Source: a virus
DNA: 64,000 bases
IMG/VR virus record: IMGVR_UViG_3300018432_000001
Location: 1-64,000 of that record
Strand: one strand, 5' to 3'
This document shows positions 19,365 through 28,894 of the stretch, piece by piece. Position numbers and translations under genes: made by a program. Position 1 is the first letter of the stretch; each line of letters begins with the position of its first letter. The notes under the pieces are model-generated. The model was not told the origin of the DNA, did not search any database, and saw only the letters and a program-made list of their open reading frames with translations.

Positions 19365-20441
19365 TCAGTTTCCCCTGGATGCTCTCGGCAACGTACCTGA
19401 TCGGACAGTGTCGCAGTCCTCGTCGGACAGCAGCTCGGGGTGGTGGTAGCAGGTGGTGCCCCGACGCGTGATCACGCCGGTCTCGGGGTCGCGGGTAGGG
19501 CGACGCTCCCACAGCGGGACGGTGTAGCGGGCCGGGCGCCGGATGACGCCGTCGTCGCCGGTGTGCTGGCTTTCCTCGTGCAGGAGCTGCTGCGCGCGCG
19601 GGCGCAGGCTCATGACGCGAACCTGCTGTTCGGGTCGAGCGCCCAGGCGCGCGGCCCGTTTCCGCAGACCTTGGGGAACGGCCTCATGTTCGTCGCGGCC
19701 GAGGGAGCGGGCGGTGGCGATCATGAACGCGATACGCAGCATCCGGGGGACGGCGTACCGATTGGAGCGGCCCACGTGCGGCAGCTCGGCGATGTCGGTG
19801 TTGCAGTTGACGATGTGGTCGAGTTCCTCGATGATCTCGGGGTACTCCGAGCGCGCTCCTTCGCGCATGGTGCTGGCGTAGGTGAACAGCCGCAGGTGCG
19901 TCTGGCGGCTGGGCCGTTCACTGATGATGATGGTCTGGTTCTCCCCCGGCTGGTTAAGGTTCTCGGTGAACGGCCCGGAGATGGCGGGGATGAATCCGCA
20001 GTCGTCGATGGGGCCCCACGCGGCGGCGCAGATCGGAGTCCAGTCGCCGCGATCGTTCAGGGGCAGCTCCAGGGGATTCCCGAACACGCAGAAACCGTAG
20101 TCGGAGGGGAAGGCATCGTCGAACCGGCACGGCCCGAACTCTTGCTCGCACGCCCACGCGTGGGCCACGAGCGGACCGGACAGGTGGTAGAGGTCGGCGC
20201 GGGTGATCATGCGCCGATGCCACGCAGCCAGCTGCCGGGCGGCGCTGTCCAGCAGCGGGTCACCGATGTCCATGGGGGTGGCGCCGACGGCTTCGATGGG
20301 GCGCAGCAGCTGCCGTTCGGTAGAGAGCCCGGACAGTTCCTCGATGGGCACGGTCGTGCCAGGCCGCATCGGGTGCTTCCCCAACAGGACGTTGCGCAGG
20401 TAGGCGGTGGCGGTGGGGTTGTAGCGGGGGTAGGGGGACAT
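19365..20441 (-). CDS. hypothetical protein
   Basis: ORF from MSPYPR, AAAGG RBS. Confidence 0.65.
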   Translation of the reverse strand: MSPYPRYNPTATAYLRNVLLGKHPMRPGTTVPIEELSGLSTERQLLRPIEAVGATPMDIGDPLLDSAARQLAAWHRRMITRADLYHLSGPLVAHAWACEQEFGPCRFDDAFPSDYGFCVFGNPLELPLNDRGDWTPICAAAWGPIDDCGFIPAISGPFTENLNQPGENQTIIISERPSRQTHLRLFTYASTMREGARSEYPEIIEELDHIVNCNTDIAELPHVGRSNRYAVPRMLRIAFMIATARSLGRDEHEAVPQGLRKRAARLGARPEQQVRVMSLRPRAQQLLHEESQHTGDDGVIRRPARYTVPLWERRPTRDPETGVITRRGTTCYHHPELLSDEDCDTVRSGTLPRASRGN

Positions 20442-20442
20442 C

Positions 20443-21111
20443 TCAATGCCTTTCACTGGTCGCGGGGAGGCGGTCGTAGACGAAGACGATGTCGTGGAGA
20501 CCCCACCACTGCACGGGCGCGTGGTACTCGACCTCGGCCCATTCCGTTTCCAGGATCTTGTGGAGCGCGTCGTCGCCGGTGCAGCCGCCGTCGCCTTCAC
20601 CGATGTAGATGATCCGCTGCCCCGTGTAGGCGCGGACGGCGTCGGCCCCGTCGCTGGTGTTGTAGGGCGGCCACGACAGCAGGAGGGTCACGCCGGACCC
20701 GGCGGCGGCGACCGTGTCGGCCGCTTCGCCGGGGAGCACCGTCGTCCAGTGCTCGACGCCTCGGTGCCAGTGGTTGTCCTCGGGGGTGGCCGCATGCCGG
20801 TCGTAGGTGAGGGTGAACACGCCGCGCTCGGCCAGGAGCCGCGCCCAGTACCCGCTTCCGGCCATCGGATCGATCACCGTGTCCCCGCAGAACCGGAGGA
20901 CAAAATCGACCGTCTCCGGGTCGGAGACCGTCCAGGCGTAGCGCGGGATCAGCTGCTTGCGCAGCTTCGTGGAGGCGACGTTGCGCCAGATGCCGTCGTC
21001 GTCATCGCCGTGGAGCGGATCGCGTGGGAGCACAGCATGCTGGCGCATGAGGTCGTCCCATCCGATGTGGTCCTTGACCGCATCCCAGTAGGGATTCCAC
21101 CGTGCTCCCAC
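20443..21111 (-). CDS. class I SAM-dependent methyltransferase-like protein
   Basis: VIDPMAGSGYW motif I; LLLSWPPY; YIGEG..GCTG. Confidence 0.75.
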   Translation of the reverse strand: MGARWNPYWDAVKDHIGWDDLMRQHAVLPRDPLHGDDDDGIWRNVASTKLRKQLIPRYAWTVSDPETVDFVLRFCGDTVIDPMAGSGYWARLLAERGVFTLTYDRHAATPEDNHWHRGVEHWTTVLPGEAADTVAAAGSGVTLLLSWPPYNTSDGADAVRAYTGQRIIYIGEGDGGCTGDDALHKILETEWAEVEYHAPVQWWGLHDIVFVYDRLPATSERH

Positions 21112-21123
21112 CAGCCTGTCTCC

Positions 21124-21372
21124 TTATCCCGCGAAGTTCACGCGGGCTTCGTGCGCGAGTTGCTGCCCGCTGTTGTCGGCCAGGAAGTACAGGACGCTGC
21201 GCGTGTCCCAAACCTCGGCGCCGTCGTTGCTGACTTCGACCACGTCGACGTCCTGCACGGCGTACTCCATGGGCCTCTTCAGGCCCATGGTCGCCACGCG
21301 CACCGGGGTGTCGTCCCCGGTAGCAGCAGCGAACCCTTCGAGGGTATCGATCAGTTCACGGATAGTGTTCAT
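21124..21372 (-). CDS. hypothetical protein
   Basis: TIRELIDTLE...DDTPVRVA small phage protein pattern. Confidence 0.6.
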   Translation of the reverse strand: MNTIRELIDTLEGFAAATGDDTPVRVATMGLKRPMEYAVQDVDVVEVSNDGAEVWDTRSVLYFLADNSGQQLAHEARVNFAG

Positions 21373-21412
21373 CAGAGTGAGAGTGCCTTTCGTGAATCGG
21401 TATTCTTACACA

Positions 21413-21835
21413 GTGACAGTGCGAGTTCTGGCAACCGGCGGGCGAGGCTTCCCCGGGCGCGCCGCCGTCGCCCGAGCGCTGGCCCACGTCGAAGGGCTCT
21501 TCCCCCATACATCACCCGGCGACTTCATCCTCGTCCACGGCGACTGCAAGTTCCGGCGCCGGGACGGCACCATCGACTACGACCGCAGCGCCGACCAGCT
21601 CGCGGCCCAAGAGGCCACCAAGCGCGGCTGGCAGATCGAAGCCCACCCCGTCGACTGGGAGAGCATCCCACCCAGCCAGTACAGCGCGGCCGGACGGGCA
21701 CGCAACGCACACATGGTCAGCCTCGGGGCCGATATCTGCATCGCGCTCCCCGGCGGCGGCGGTACGCGCAACTGCAGGAACGCCGCCCACCGGGCAGGCA
21801 TCACCGTCATCACCCTGGCCGATGTCCCAGTGTGA
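21413..21835 (+). CDS. YspA-like SLOG protein (DUF2493)
   Basis: RVLATGGR...LVHGD...ADQLA...HPVDW...AAGRARNAHM...PGGGGT. Confidence 0.85.
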   Translation: MTVRVLATGGRGFPGRAAVARALAHVEGLFPHTSPGDFILVHGDCKFRRRDGTIDYDRSADQLAAQEATKRGWQIEAHPVDWESIPPSQYSAAGRARNAHMVSLGADICIALPGGGGTRNCRNAAHRAGITVITLADVPV

Positions 21836-21970
21836 GGAGACCACGCTTACAGTGACAGGGTCTACACTGACTGCTCTGCTGCGGGTGCTGGTACACACCG
21901 GGACGCATGGAGCCTGGTCAACCACGGCTCCCTGAGCCGCCATCAGAACAGACCTTCGTTGGAGGACAAC

Positions 21971-23023
21971 ATGAAGCGCGATCTCATCTACGGTGACCTG
22001 GGCACCTATGTCAACAACCGGCGCACTGCCAACAAGCAGGATACGAAAATTGCGGGTGCCTACAACGCCTGGAACGCCTTCTCCCATCGAGTACCGGGGC
22101 TAGCGGGAACCACCATCAGCGACGAAGCCACCGAGAAAATCCTGCGGCAGTTCGCCGAGAACGCCCAGTCCGATCTCAAAGAGTCAACGATCAACACCTA
22201 TTCGAGTGATTTCCGGCGCGGCCTTGCGTTCATGCTGCACCACGTCGAACTCACCGGCGGCCTCGATGTCGAAGCCGAGGACACTCCCGTCGAACCGGCC
22301 CCCGCCGCTCCGGAGATCGTTGTGGCGCCCAAGCGCACACCGATCTACGGGGACTTCGGCGAATACCTTGTCGCCTACCAGGAGGACAACCCCCGCGACG
22401 AGACGGCGAGCCGCTGGGCCGGTGCCTACGCCGCAGTGATGCTGCGCGTGCCCGACGCGGCCGAAGAGCACATCGACCCCGAGACGACCGAACAGCTTCT
22501 CGCCCGCTTCGGTGAGATCGCGATCGACGCCAAGGCCACTAAGGCAGCGGTGAAGGCCATCGACTTCGACGACGACGCCGCCGAAGCCCTCAAGCGAGCG
22601 CCGGTCATCAAGATCAGCACCATGCGGCACTACCAGGGCTGCTTCCGCAAGGCGCTGGAGCACTACTGCAAGGTCCGTCATTTCCCGTACACACAGATCA
22701 GCACTGAAGAGCGGCGCCAACGATCCCTCGCCGCCACCCGGGAACGCAAGGCACGCCTGGCCGAAGAGGCCGCCGAGGCCGAGCGCCGGACTGCGGAGAA
22801 GATCGAGGCCGCCCGGATCGCGGCAGCCGCCGAAGCCGCACGAGCCGAAGCGATCGCCGCCGCCACAGCCGAGGCCGAGGAGGAGGTGCCCGAGGAGGAG
22901 CTGGGCGAGTACACCTTCCTGCTGCGACCCGGGCTCGTTGTCGGCCTCAATCTCCCCGACGACCTCACCCGCGACGAGGCCGACCGACTCAGTCAGTGGG
23001 TCGGCGCGTTCGTCATCGACTAG
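21971..23023 (+). CDS. hypothetical protein with duplicated helical domain
   Basis: GGAGG RBS; two IYGD.G.Y...AGAY...ST...Y...FR..L repeats. Confidence 0.75.
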   Translation: MKRDLIYGDLGTYVNNRRTANKQDTKIAGAYNAWNAFSHRVPGLAGTTISDEATEKILRQFAENAQSDLKESTINTYSSDFRRGLAFMLHHVELTGGLDVEAEDTPVEPAPAAPEIVVAPKRTPIYGDFGEYLVAYQEDNPRDETASRWAGAYAAVMLRVPDAAEEHIDPETTEQLLARFGEIAIDAKATKAAVKAIDFDDDAAEALKRAPVIKISTMRHYQGCFRKALEHYCKVRHFPYTQISTEERRQRSLAATRERKARLAEEAAEAERRTAEKIEAARIAAAAEAARAEAIAAATAEAEEEVPEEELGEYTFLLRPGLVVGLNLPDDLTRDEADRLSQWVGAFVID

Positions 23024-23042
23024 GGCAGCGGCCGTGTTGTCG

Positions 23043-23118
23043 TGGTGCGCCGCCTTGGAATCGAACCAAGGACCCGCCGATTAAAAGTCGGCTGCTCTGC
23101 CATCTGAGCTAGCGGCGC
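23043..23118 (-). tRNA. tRNA-Lys(UUU)
   Basis: 76-nt cloverleaf GCGCCGCTAGCTCAG...GCCGA-CTTTTAA-TCGGC...GGTTCGATTCC...GCGGCGCACCA with encoded CCA. Confidence 0.96.
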
Positions 23119-23194
23119 TCGACCGGCTCGACGCTCTCGCGTCGAGCCGGTCGTTCAATTCTGAACCATGCAGTGCGGTGTGGCCACAGCACGG

Positions 23195-23677
23195 TCACTC
23201 CTCGGTGCGGGCGTTCTCGATGAGCATCTGCCGCAGGTCGCTGACGAGGCCGGTGCGACCGGCACACGCGTCCAGGTACTCCTCCAGCTTCACCGCCAGG
23301 TCGTGCGCGTGGTTCATGTCCACTCCGGTCATCTGCAACCCGTGAATGGCCGCGTGCAGTACTTCGGCCAGCACCGCAAGTGCGGCCATGGTCTGCTGGT
23401 CGGGGGTGGTGCGCAGAATGTCGAACCATTCCATCATCACGCCTTGGGTGAACTCGTACTGCTCGCGTTCACCGGCCGGTCCCGCGAGTTTCACGCCGTT
23501 CACCGCGAGACGGTAGAGGGTCTCGCCGAAGTAGTGGCCCAGCATGCGGGTGTTTTCAGCGGCGGGGGCCCCGGGGGTTCGCTCGGTCGTGTAGTGGCCG
23601 ATGGCACCGCTCCACATGGAGATCAGGCGCCAGGTGGGATCGTCGTTCTTGCTGGTGTCAGTGTCAGGGACGGGCAT
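23195..23677 (-). CDS. hypothetical protein
   Basis: GAAGGA RBS. Confidence 0.6.
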   Translation of the reverse strand: MPVPDTDTSKNDDPTWRLISMWSGAIGHYTTERTPGAPAAENTRMLGHYFGETLYRLAVNGVKLAGPAGEREQYEFTQGVMMEWFDILRTTPDQQTMAALAVLAEVLHAAIHGLQMTGVDMNHAHDLAVKLEEYLDACAGRTGLVSDLRQMLIENARTEE

Positions 23678-23683
23678 GGCAGG

Positions 23684-24529
23684 TCATCCTTCTTCGAGTA
23701 TGCGGATGGCGGTGTCGATGGTGCCGGGCCGTTCGAACAGGTACTTGACCAGGGGATAGCCCACTCCCGCGTGGTTGTCCATCTTGAACAGGTGGGCGCC
23801 GAACAGTTTCTGGTGTTCGAGGCCCAGCTCGTCGATACGGTAACCGGCTGCGACCATCAGTTCCAGCAGATAGTTCAGGCGTTTCGGGCGTTTGCCCAAC
23901 GGGATGGGGTTCGTTTCGTGGAGGCGCACGTGCTCTTGGATGCCGTTGACGAGGTGCTCGACCAGCTCGGGTGTCACGTTGGACAGCTCGATGGAGATGC
24001 GCCCGTCGCCTCCCCAGTTGATCTCGCCGAAGATTCTGCGCCCGCGTGCGGGCCGTTCGGCCCGGACGCTGGCGAGGCTGTTCTCCACCTGCCATCCCTC
24101 GCCGAGGCGATCGGCAACGGACTCAGCGTGTCCCCGGCGGGCACCGCGTTGGACTCTCGCGCGTTCCTTGTGGTCAAGCAAAAGGTCGAGGAAGCGCCGG
24201 TAGCCGGGTAGCACGTGCTCTTTCAGGTGCGCGGCCATCTGCGAGGGCAGCTGGAAGAGGTTCATCGTGGTGTCGGTGGTGGGCTTGCCGTTGAGGTCGA
24301 GGGTGCACAGCTGCACGAGGTGCTGTTCCTCCTGGTAGAGGTATCGCATCCGCAGGCGTCGGTTATCGCCTGAGTCCAGCACCATGGCCAGCGGCTGGCG
24401 CTCGGGTCGCACCTCCCATGAGGAACCGAGGTGGGAAGCGAGGCGCTGAGCGAGCTGGTACAGGCCGTAGCCCGGAGCGGTCACATCCTCGATGTTCAGG
24501 GGGTGGTCGTCCAGATGCGGTCGGTTCAT
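23684..24529 (-). CDS. hypothetical protein
   Basis: ORF from MNRPHL. Confidence 0.6.
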   Translation of the reverse strand: MNRPHLDDHPLNIEDVTAPGYGLYQLAQRLASHLGSSWEVRPERQPLAMVLDSGDNRRLRMRYLYQEEQHLVQLCTLDLNGKPTTDTTMNLFQLPSQMAAHLKEHVLPGYRRFLDLLLDHKERARVQRGARRGHAESVADRLGEGWQVENSLASVRAERPARGRRIFGEINWGGDGRISIELSNVTPELVEHLVNGIQEHVRLHETNPIPLGKRPKRLNYLLELMVAAGYRIDELGLEHQKLFGAHLFKMDNHAGVGYPLVKYLFERPGTIDTAIRILEEG

Positions 24530-24637
24530 TTGGCGCCTTCCAGTGCGAGGTCGCGGCCGGTGCTCGGCTGCGGGTCGGGAGATTCGGGTCGGTGCAGGCA
24601 CAGCAGTGCCAGTGGGCAGACGAGGAAGATTCTCAGT

Positions 24638-25330
24638 TTACGTGGGGCGTGGAGACGACGCTGCCCGGCGCTTCCCCTCGACCCGGTCGATCGCCTGCTG
24701 CAGGCGCTCAGGGCTGACCCCGCGCTCGCTGGTGGGGTTGAACAGCTGCTCGGCGAAGCGCGCCATGCGGGCCTTGTCTGCCTTCTGCTGCTGCTCCGGC
24801 CGCGTCAGTCGGGCACCGGGCACCTCTGCGGTAGCGACGCCGTCCTTGACGCGCCACTGCCCGCACAGCCGCCCCGTACCGTCCTCGCTGACCAGCTGCG
24901 CGGTCAGGTCCAGGTAGGGGAACGCGGCGGCGATCTGGGACCACTCGTCGCCGACCTCCTCCACGGAGGGCCACTTGCCGATGTTGTACGCACTCCCGAT
25001 CCGGCCGTCCCAGTCGCACCACCCGCGCGGGCCGCCGATCCAGGAGGAGGCGATCCGGTAGGTCTCCAGGTACTCCAGGTTGAGGACGCCCAGTTCCATG
25101 ACGCGGTCGCGCACCTGCTGGAACGGGAAGTCGGTCTCGGCGGCGCGCTCGTTCTTGAACACGATGCGCGCGACGATGTGGTCCCAGTCGTGGTCGTTGC
25201 AGTGGAGGTAGTAGAGGACGCAAGTGCGGATCAGGATCTCGTCGGCCTGCTCTTCGGTGACCGGCTCGCCCGCCACGATCAGGTGCGGCCACTTGCCGGG
25301 GTCGATGTACGGGTTCTCGGACGTGGACAT
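24638..25330 (-). CDS. hypothetical protein, paralog of 41092-41967
   Basis: shared GW..WDG.I and EW.QIAAAFP.L motifs. Confidence 0.75.
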   Translation of the reverse strand: MSTSENPYIDPGKWPHLIVAGEPVTEEQADEILIRTCVLYYLHCNDHDWDHIVARIVFKNERAAETDFPFQQVRDRVMELGVLNLEYLETYRIASSWIGGPRGWCDWDGRIGSAYNIGKWPSVEEVGDEWSQIAAAFPYLDLTAQLVSEDGTGRLCGQWRVKDGVATAEVPGARLTRPEQQQKADKARMARFAEQLFNPTSERGVSPERLQQAIDRVEGKRRAASSPRPT

Positions 25331-25394
25331 ACGGTTTCCTCTCGAACGAAAACCCCGGGCGCGTTCGCGCCCGGGGCCTTAGCGATCAGGGATG

Positions 25395-25619
25395 TCAGGG
25401 CGTGGGGTCGTCGGGCATTCTGGGGCCGTGCTGCTCCAGGTGCGCCAGTGCGGCGGCGAGGTGGGCCTCAGTGGTCGCGGTGGGCCAGTTCGGTCCACCC
25501 TCCCCCACCTCCCACGAGCCGTTCTTCGAGGTGAAGGCGGCGCTGTTGCGGTCGTCGAAGTGGACGAACCCCCAGGCCGGTTCGAGGTAGGCGCGGTTGT
25601 CCACGGAGACGACCTTCAC
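25395..25619 (-). CDS. hypothetical protein
   Basis: GTGA-coupled; resembles N-half of upstream gene. Confidence 0.55.
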   Translation of the reverse strand: MKVVSVDNRAYLEPAWGFVHFDDRNSAAFTSKNGSWEVGEGGPNWPTATTEAHLAAALAHLEQHGPRMPDDPTP

Positions 25620-26104
25620 GCGGCCACCGCCTGGTCCACCGGCGCGGTCTTCCCCTCGGCCGGGAGCGTGTCCCAGTCGGTCTCGGCCAGGGCCTGGGTG
25701 AGTTCGTTGATGAGCCACTTGATGTAGTCGGGGGCGTTGTCCCGCTGGTGGCGGGGCACCACCGTGACGGCGTCGACCGCGCCGGGACGCGTGATGTCGA
25801 AGTCGGCTTCGGTGCCGTCGGAGATCCGGATGACGCCCCACGGCTGCTCGCGGGTGCCCTGGTTGCTGATGTCGATGGTGCGCTCCAGCTCGACCGGGCC
25901 GTGGGTGCGCAGGTAGTGGTCGACCACCTGCAGGCGCAGGGGGGTGGGCTCGGGCCAGTACTTGCCGCCGCCGATGGCCTGCCAGCGGTTGTCCACGCGC
26001 CGGTAGCCGACGCGGACGCCGTCGCTGAAGTAGAAGTAGCCGAAGTCGGCCTCACCTCGGTTGTCGATGCCGGTGATCACGATGGTGGTCTGGTGCTTGG
26101 GCAT
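25616..26104 (-). CDS. hypothetical protein
   Basis: AAAGGAG RBS. Confidence 0.65.
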   Translation of the reverse strand: MPKHQTTIVITGIDNRGEADFGYFYFSDGVRVGYRRVDNRWQAIGGGKYWPEPTPLRLQVVDHYLRTHGPVELERTIDISNQGTREQPWGVIRISDGTEADFDITRPGAVDAVTVVPRHQRDNAPDYIKWLINELTQALAETDWDTLPAEGKTAPVDQAVAA

Positions 26105-26184
26105 AGTGCTCCTTTCGATTCGGGATATTCTCTCACGTTCAACCGACACTACGATATGTCCGTTTTGTGCGGTAAACTTCCGTT

Positions 26185-26928
26185 ATGTCTGGTTGGCGGG
26201 TGGCGCGGAGTCTCGAAGTCCTCAGAGCCGAGATCAACCAGGTCGCACCCGGCCGCAGCACCGCCTCAGACGGGGCGATCGGCGACGCAGCGCATGCCGC
26301 ATCCGACTCCGACCACAACCCCAACGACGAAAACGTGGTCTGCGCTCGCGATTTCACGCACGACCCCCGTCGCGGGGCGGACATGCACCGCATCTCCCGA
26401 CGCATCGTCGCGGTCTTGCCCCCGGCCTTGAAGTACGTCATCTGGAACCGCCGGATCTGGTCGCGCTCACGAGCCTCCGAGGGCTGGCGCCGCTACTCCG
26501 GCTCCAACCCCCACACCAAGCACATGCACGTCTCGGTAGGACGCGGCAGTGACGGCCACTCGACCGGCCCGTACGACGACACCAGCCCGTGGGGCATCGC
26601 CAGCGGCGCACCGATCCCGCCGAAACCGTCGGTGCCCAGCCGCCCCCGCTTGATCGAGGAGATCATCATGGCGCTCCCGACCATCGACAACAACAACGCG
26701 CCGACGGCCGACAAGAAACGAGCGCAGTCGCTGTTGGCTGCGAACGGGTTCCCACCAGCGAATTCCTTCAACTCGCGGGGTGAACCCGACGGGCAGTGGG
26801 GCCCCGGATCAGAGGACGCGCTCAAACGGTTCCAGGTCGCCCGCAAAGTCCGTGGCAGCGTGCTCTCCAACGGGCGCGGCGACGGCATCCTCGGCGACAA
26901 CTCCTGGGCCGCGCTCCTGGGCGCCTAG
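26185..26928 (+). CDS. endolysin-like Zn peptidase with peptidoglycan-binding domain
   Basis: SDHNP...ARDF...YVIWNRRI...NPHTKHMHVS; C-terminal DGQWGP...ALKRFQ...DGILG..SW.AL. Confidence 0.8.
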   Translation: MSGWRVARSLEVLRAEINQVAPGRSTASDGAIGDAAHAASDSDHNPNDENVVCARDFTHDPRRGADMHRISRRIVAVLPPALKYVIWNRRIWSRSRASEGWRRYSGSNPHTKHMHVSVGRGSDGHSTGPYDDTSPWGIASGAPIPPKPSVPSRPRLIEEIIMALPTIDNNNAPTADKKRAQSLLAANGFPPANSFNSRGEPDGQWGPGSEDALKRFQVARKVRGSVLSNGRGDGILGDNSWAALLGA

Positions 26929-27368
26929 CCCGCGCTGGCGGTCGCCGACGGCGCGACCGTCGCCGAGGCGGACGGGGAGACCGAGGGCGACGGTGTCAGC
27001 CACGGTGTGTGCGTGGCCAGTTCGGGCTGGCCCTCGGTGTACACCATGCCGATCTTCAGCTGGTTCCACATGGCCTCGGTGGTGCAGTCCTCGTAGACGT
27101 CCCCCGCAGGGGTCTCGAACTCCACGAGCCAGCACTTGTACTCCGGCTCGTAGTAGGTGTCGCAGCCGTACACGTTCTTGTACTTCCCGCTGATCGGGTC
27201 GTACTCGTAGTCGTATCCGCAGTCGGTCTCTGTCTCGGCCGCCTCGTACTCGTACTCCAGGTATGTGATGGTGCCGCTGGCGGGCGTGTGCTCCCAGTCG
27301 GAGTCGCTGCATGCAGCGCCGACGGCGAGGACGGCGGTACTGGCCGCCGCGATCAGGGCAGGTTTCAT
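26925..27368 (-). CDS. lipoprotein, paralog of 15698-16006
   Basis: GAAC lipobox; ETDC...CWLVEFE...WNQLKIG. Confidence 0.7.
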   Translation of the reverse strand: MKPALIAAASTAVLAVGAACSDSDWEHTPASGTITYLEYEYEAAETETDCGYDYEYDPISGKYKNVYGCDTYYEPEYKCWLVEFETPAGDVYEDCTTEAMWNQLKIGMVYTEGQPELATHTPWLTPSPSVSPSASATVAPSATASAG

Positions 27369-27397
27369 TCAGTGGGTTCCTTACTGGGAAAATGGGT

Positions 27398-27649
27398 TCA
27401 GGAGTCGACGCGTTCGCCGCGCAGGAGGTAGGTAGCGCGGCCATCGGGGTCGTAGAGGGCGACGCCGCCGGTGGCGCCGATGGCGAGGCGTTCGATCTTG
27501 ACGCGGTGCCGCTCGGGCACGCTCGGGGTGTCCCCGCAGCCCATGGTCAGGCGTATCCACGGCGCGCCGCTGCCGTCGATCGCATCGATCGACAGCAGCG
27601 GCGAGCTTTCGCGGCACTCCAGGCAGGTGATGGCGAACTGGTAGGTCAT
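27398..27649 (-). CDS. hypothetical protein
   Basis: CLEC motif, AGGA RBS. Confidence 0.5.
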   Translation of the reverse strand: MTYQFAITCLECRESSPLLSIDAIDGSGAPWIRLTMGCGDTPSVPERHRVKIERLAIGATGGVALYDPDGRATYLLRGERVDS

Positions 27650-27658
27650 GGGTCCTGT

Positions 27659-28168
27659 CTACCCGGCACGCTCGGCAGCCCAGTGGAGCAGGTCGGTGGT
27701 GTTGATCGTGGCGTACAGGCGCCCGTCGACCATGAGGTGCACGGTGTTGTCCGCCTGCGCGTACCCGTTGAACTCCTGACCTTCCCGTTCCAGGTCCATC
27801 ATCAGCAGCTTGTACTGCGCCCGCTCGGCCAGGTGCTGCCCGTTCCAGCGCTCCTCGCCGTAGGCGGGGACGATCTCGTAGGCGCAGACGCACAGCAGGC
27901 GCTTGCGGTGGTGTTCGATGTCGAACTGGCCGCCTTCGGGCAGCACGTCGTAGTAGACGAACTCGCAGTCCTCGGTGTGCGAGGAGTCGCTGCGCATCGT
28001 GCCCTCCCACTGGCTGGTGGAGGGGTTCTCGCGGCGCTTGTCCTTGCGGTCGGCCGCTCGCACGACGACGATGGTGGCCGCCGTCCACTCGCGGTAATCG
28101 CCGTGCTCGGCACGGGACCGGAACAGCACCTCCTGGTCGAGCGCGAACTGGTTGGGGTGGTCGATCAT
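27659..28168 (-). CDS. hypothetical protein
   Basis: GAGGAG RBS. Confidence 0.65.
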   Translation of the reverse strand: MIDHPNQFALDQEVLFRSRAEHGDYREWTAATIVVVRAADRKDKRRENPSTSQWEGTMRSDSSHTEDCEFVYYDVLPEGGQFDIEHHRKRLLCVCAYEIVPAYGEERWNGQHLAERAQYKLLMMDLEREGQEFNGYAQADNTVHLMVDGRLYATINTTDLLHWAAERAG

Positions 28169-28292
28169 GGTGTCTCCTCGCATATATCGCAAAAGCCCCC
28201 AACAAGGGGCGATAGACTTACAATGGAGGGAAGTCGATCAGGGCTGGCATCTCACCGCCAGCCCGGACCTTCAGGCGCCGGGCAGCCGGTGC

Positions 28293-28652
28293 CTACCTCC
28301 CCGGGTCGCCGCCCCATCGGGAGTGGCGGCGACCCGACTTCCACCCGGGATGGTGGGTGGTCTTCGCCGACTTGCACGAGCGGGTCAGTATCCGTTTCAC
28401 TTCGGCCGCTCCCGCCTTCGGGTAGTAACCGGGGTAGCGGCCGGTCGCGACTGCATGGTCGATGAGCCGGTGGGCCTCGGCGCGGATCTCTTCGCACCCG
28501 CCCTCCTTGATCTGCAGATCGTCGGCTACCCAGCCTTCGGCCTCGATGATGTCCGCTTGGTTCACCCCGTGGTAGAAGCCGACGCGAAACGAGCCGCCGA
28601 CGACGGTGACGTGAGTGTAGAACGGGGTCTCGGGAGGAGTCTTGTCGGTCAT
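28293..28652 (-). CDS. hypothetical protein
   Basis: ATGA overlap. Confidence 0.5.
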   Translation of the reverse strand: MTDKTPPETPFYTHVTVVGGSFRVGFYHGVNQADIIEAEGWVADDLQIKEGGCEEIRAEAHRLIDHAVATGRYPGYYPKAGAAEVKRILTRSCKSAKTTHHPGWKSGRRHSRWGGDPGR

Positions 28653-28894
28653 AGGCGGTCTTTCACGCGCTCGAACGCCTCCTTCCAGCTCGCGCCGTTC
28701 TCGATCAGGTCGGTCACTTCGTCGACCAGGTCGGCGGTGTCGATGTCCCACACGTCCTCGGGGATGTCGCCGGAGAACCACCCCTCATCCTTGTCGTAGA
28801 TCACGGTGGCCCAGCACGCGAGCTGGATGATCTCCGGCCGGTCGACGAGGTAATCGTTGTCCTCGCGCAGCCACGACGGCAAGGTGCTGTACAT
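28649..28894 (-). CDS. small acidic protein
   Basis: GAAGGGG RBS. Confidence 0.6.
   Translation of the reverse strand: MYSTLPSWLREDNDYLVDRPEIIQLACWATVIYDKDEGWFSGDIPEDVWDIDTADLVDEVTDLIENGASWKEAFERVKDRL

Noticed and set aside
14540-21855. Long + strand ORFs (e.g. 14540-16144, 16868-18298, 19440-20612, 20446-21855)
   Set aside because: Antisense shadows of real minus-strand genes, typical of high-GC DNA.
23043-23118. tRNA as an attL/attR prophage boundary
   Set aside because: No duplicated tRNA 3' end or integrase seen, and phage-like genes continue on both sides.
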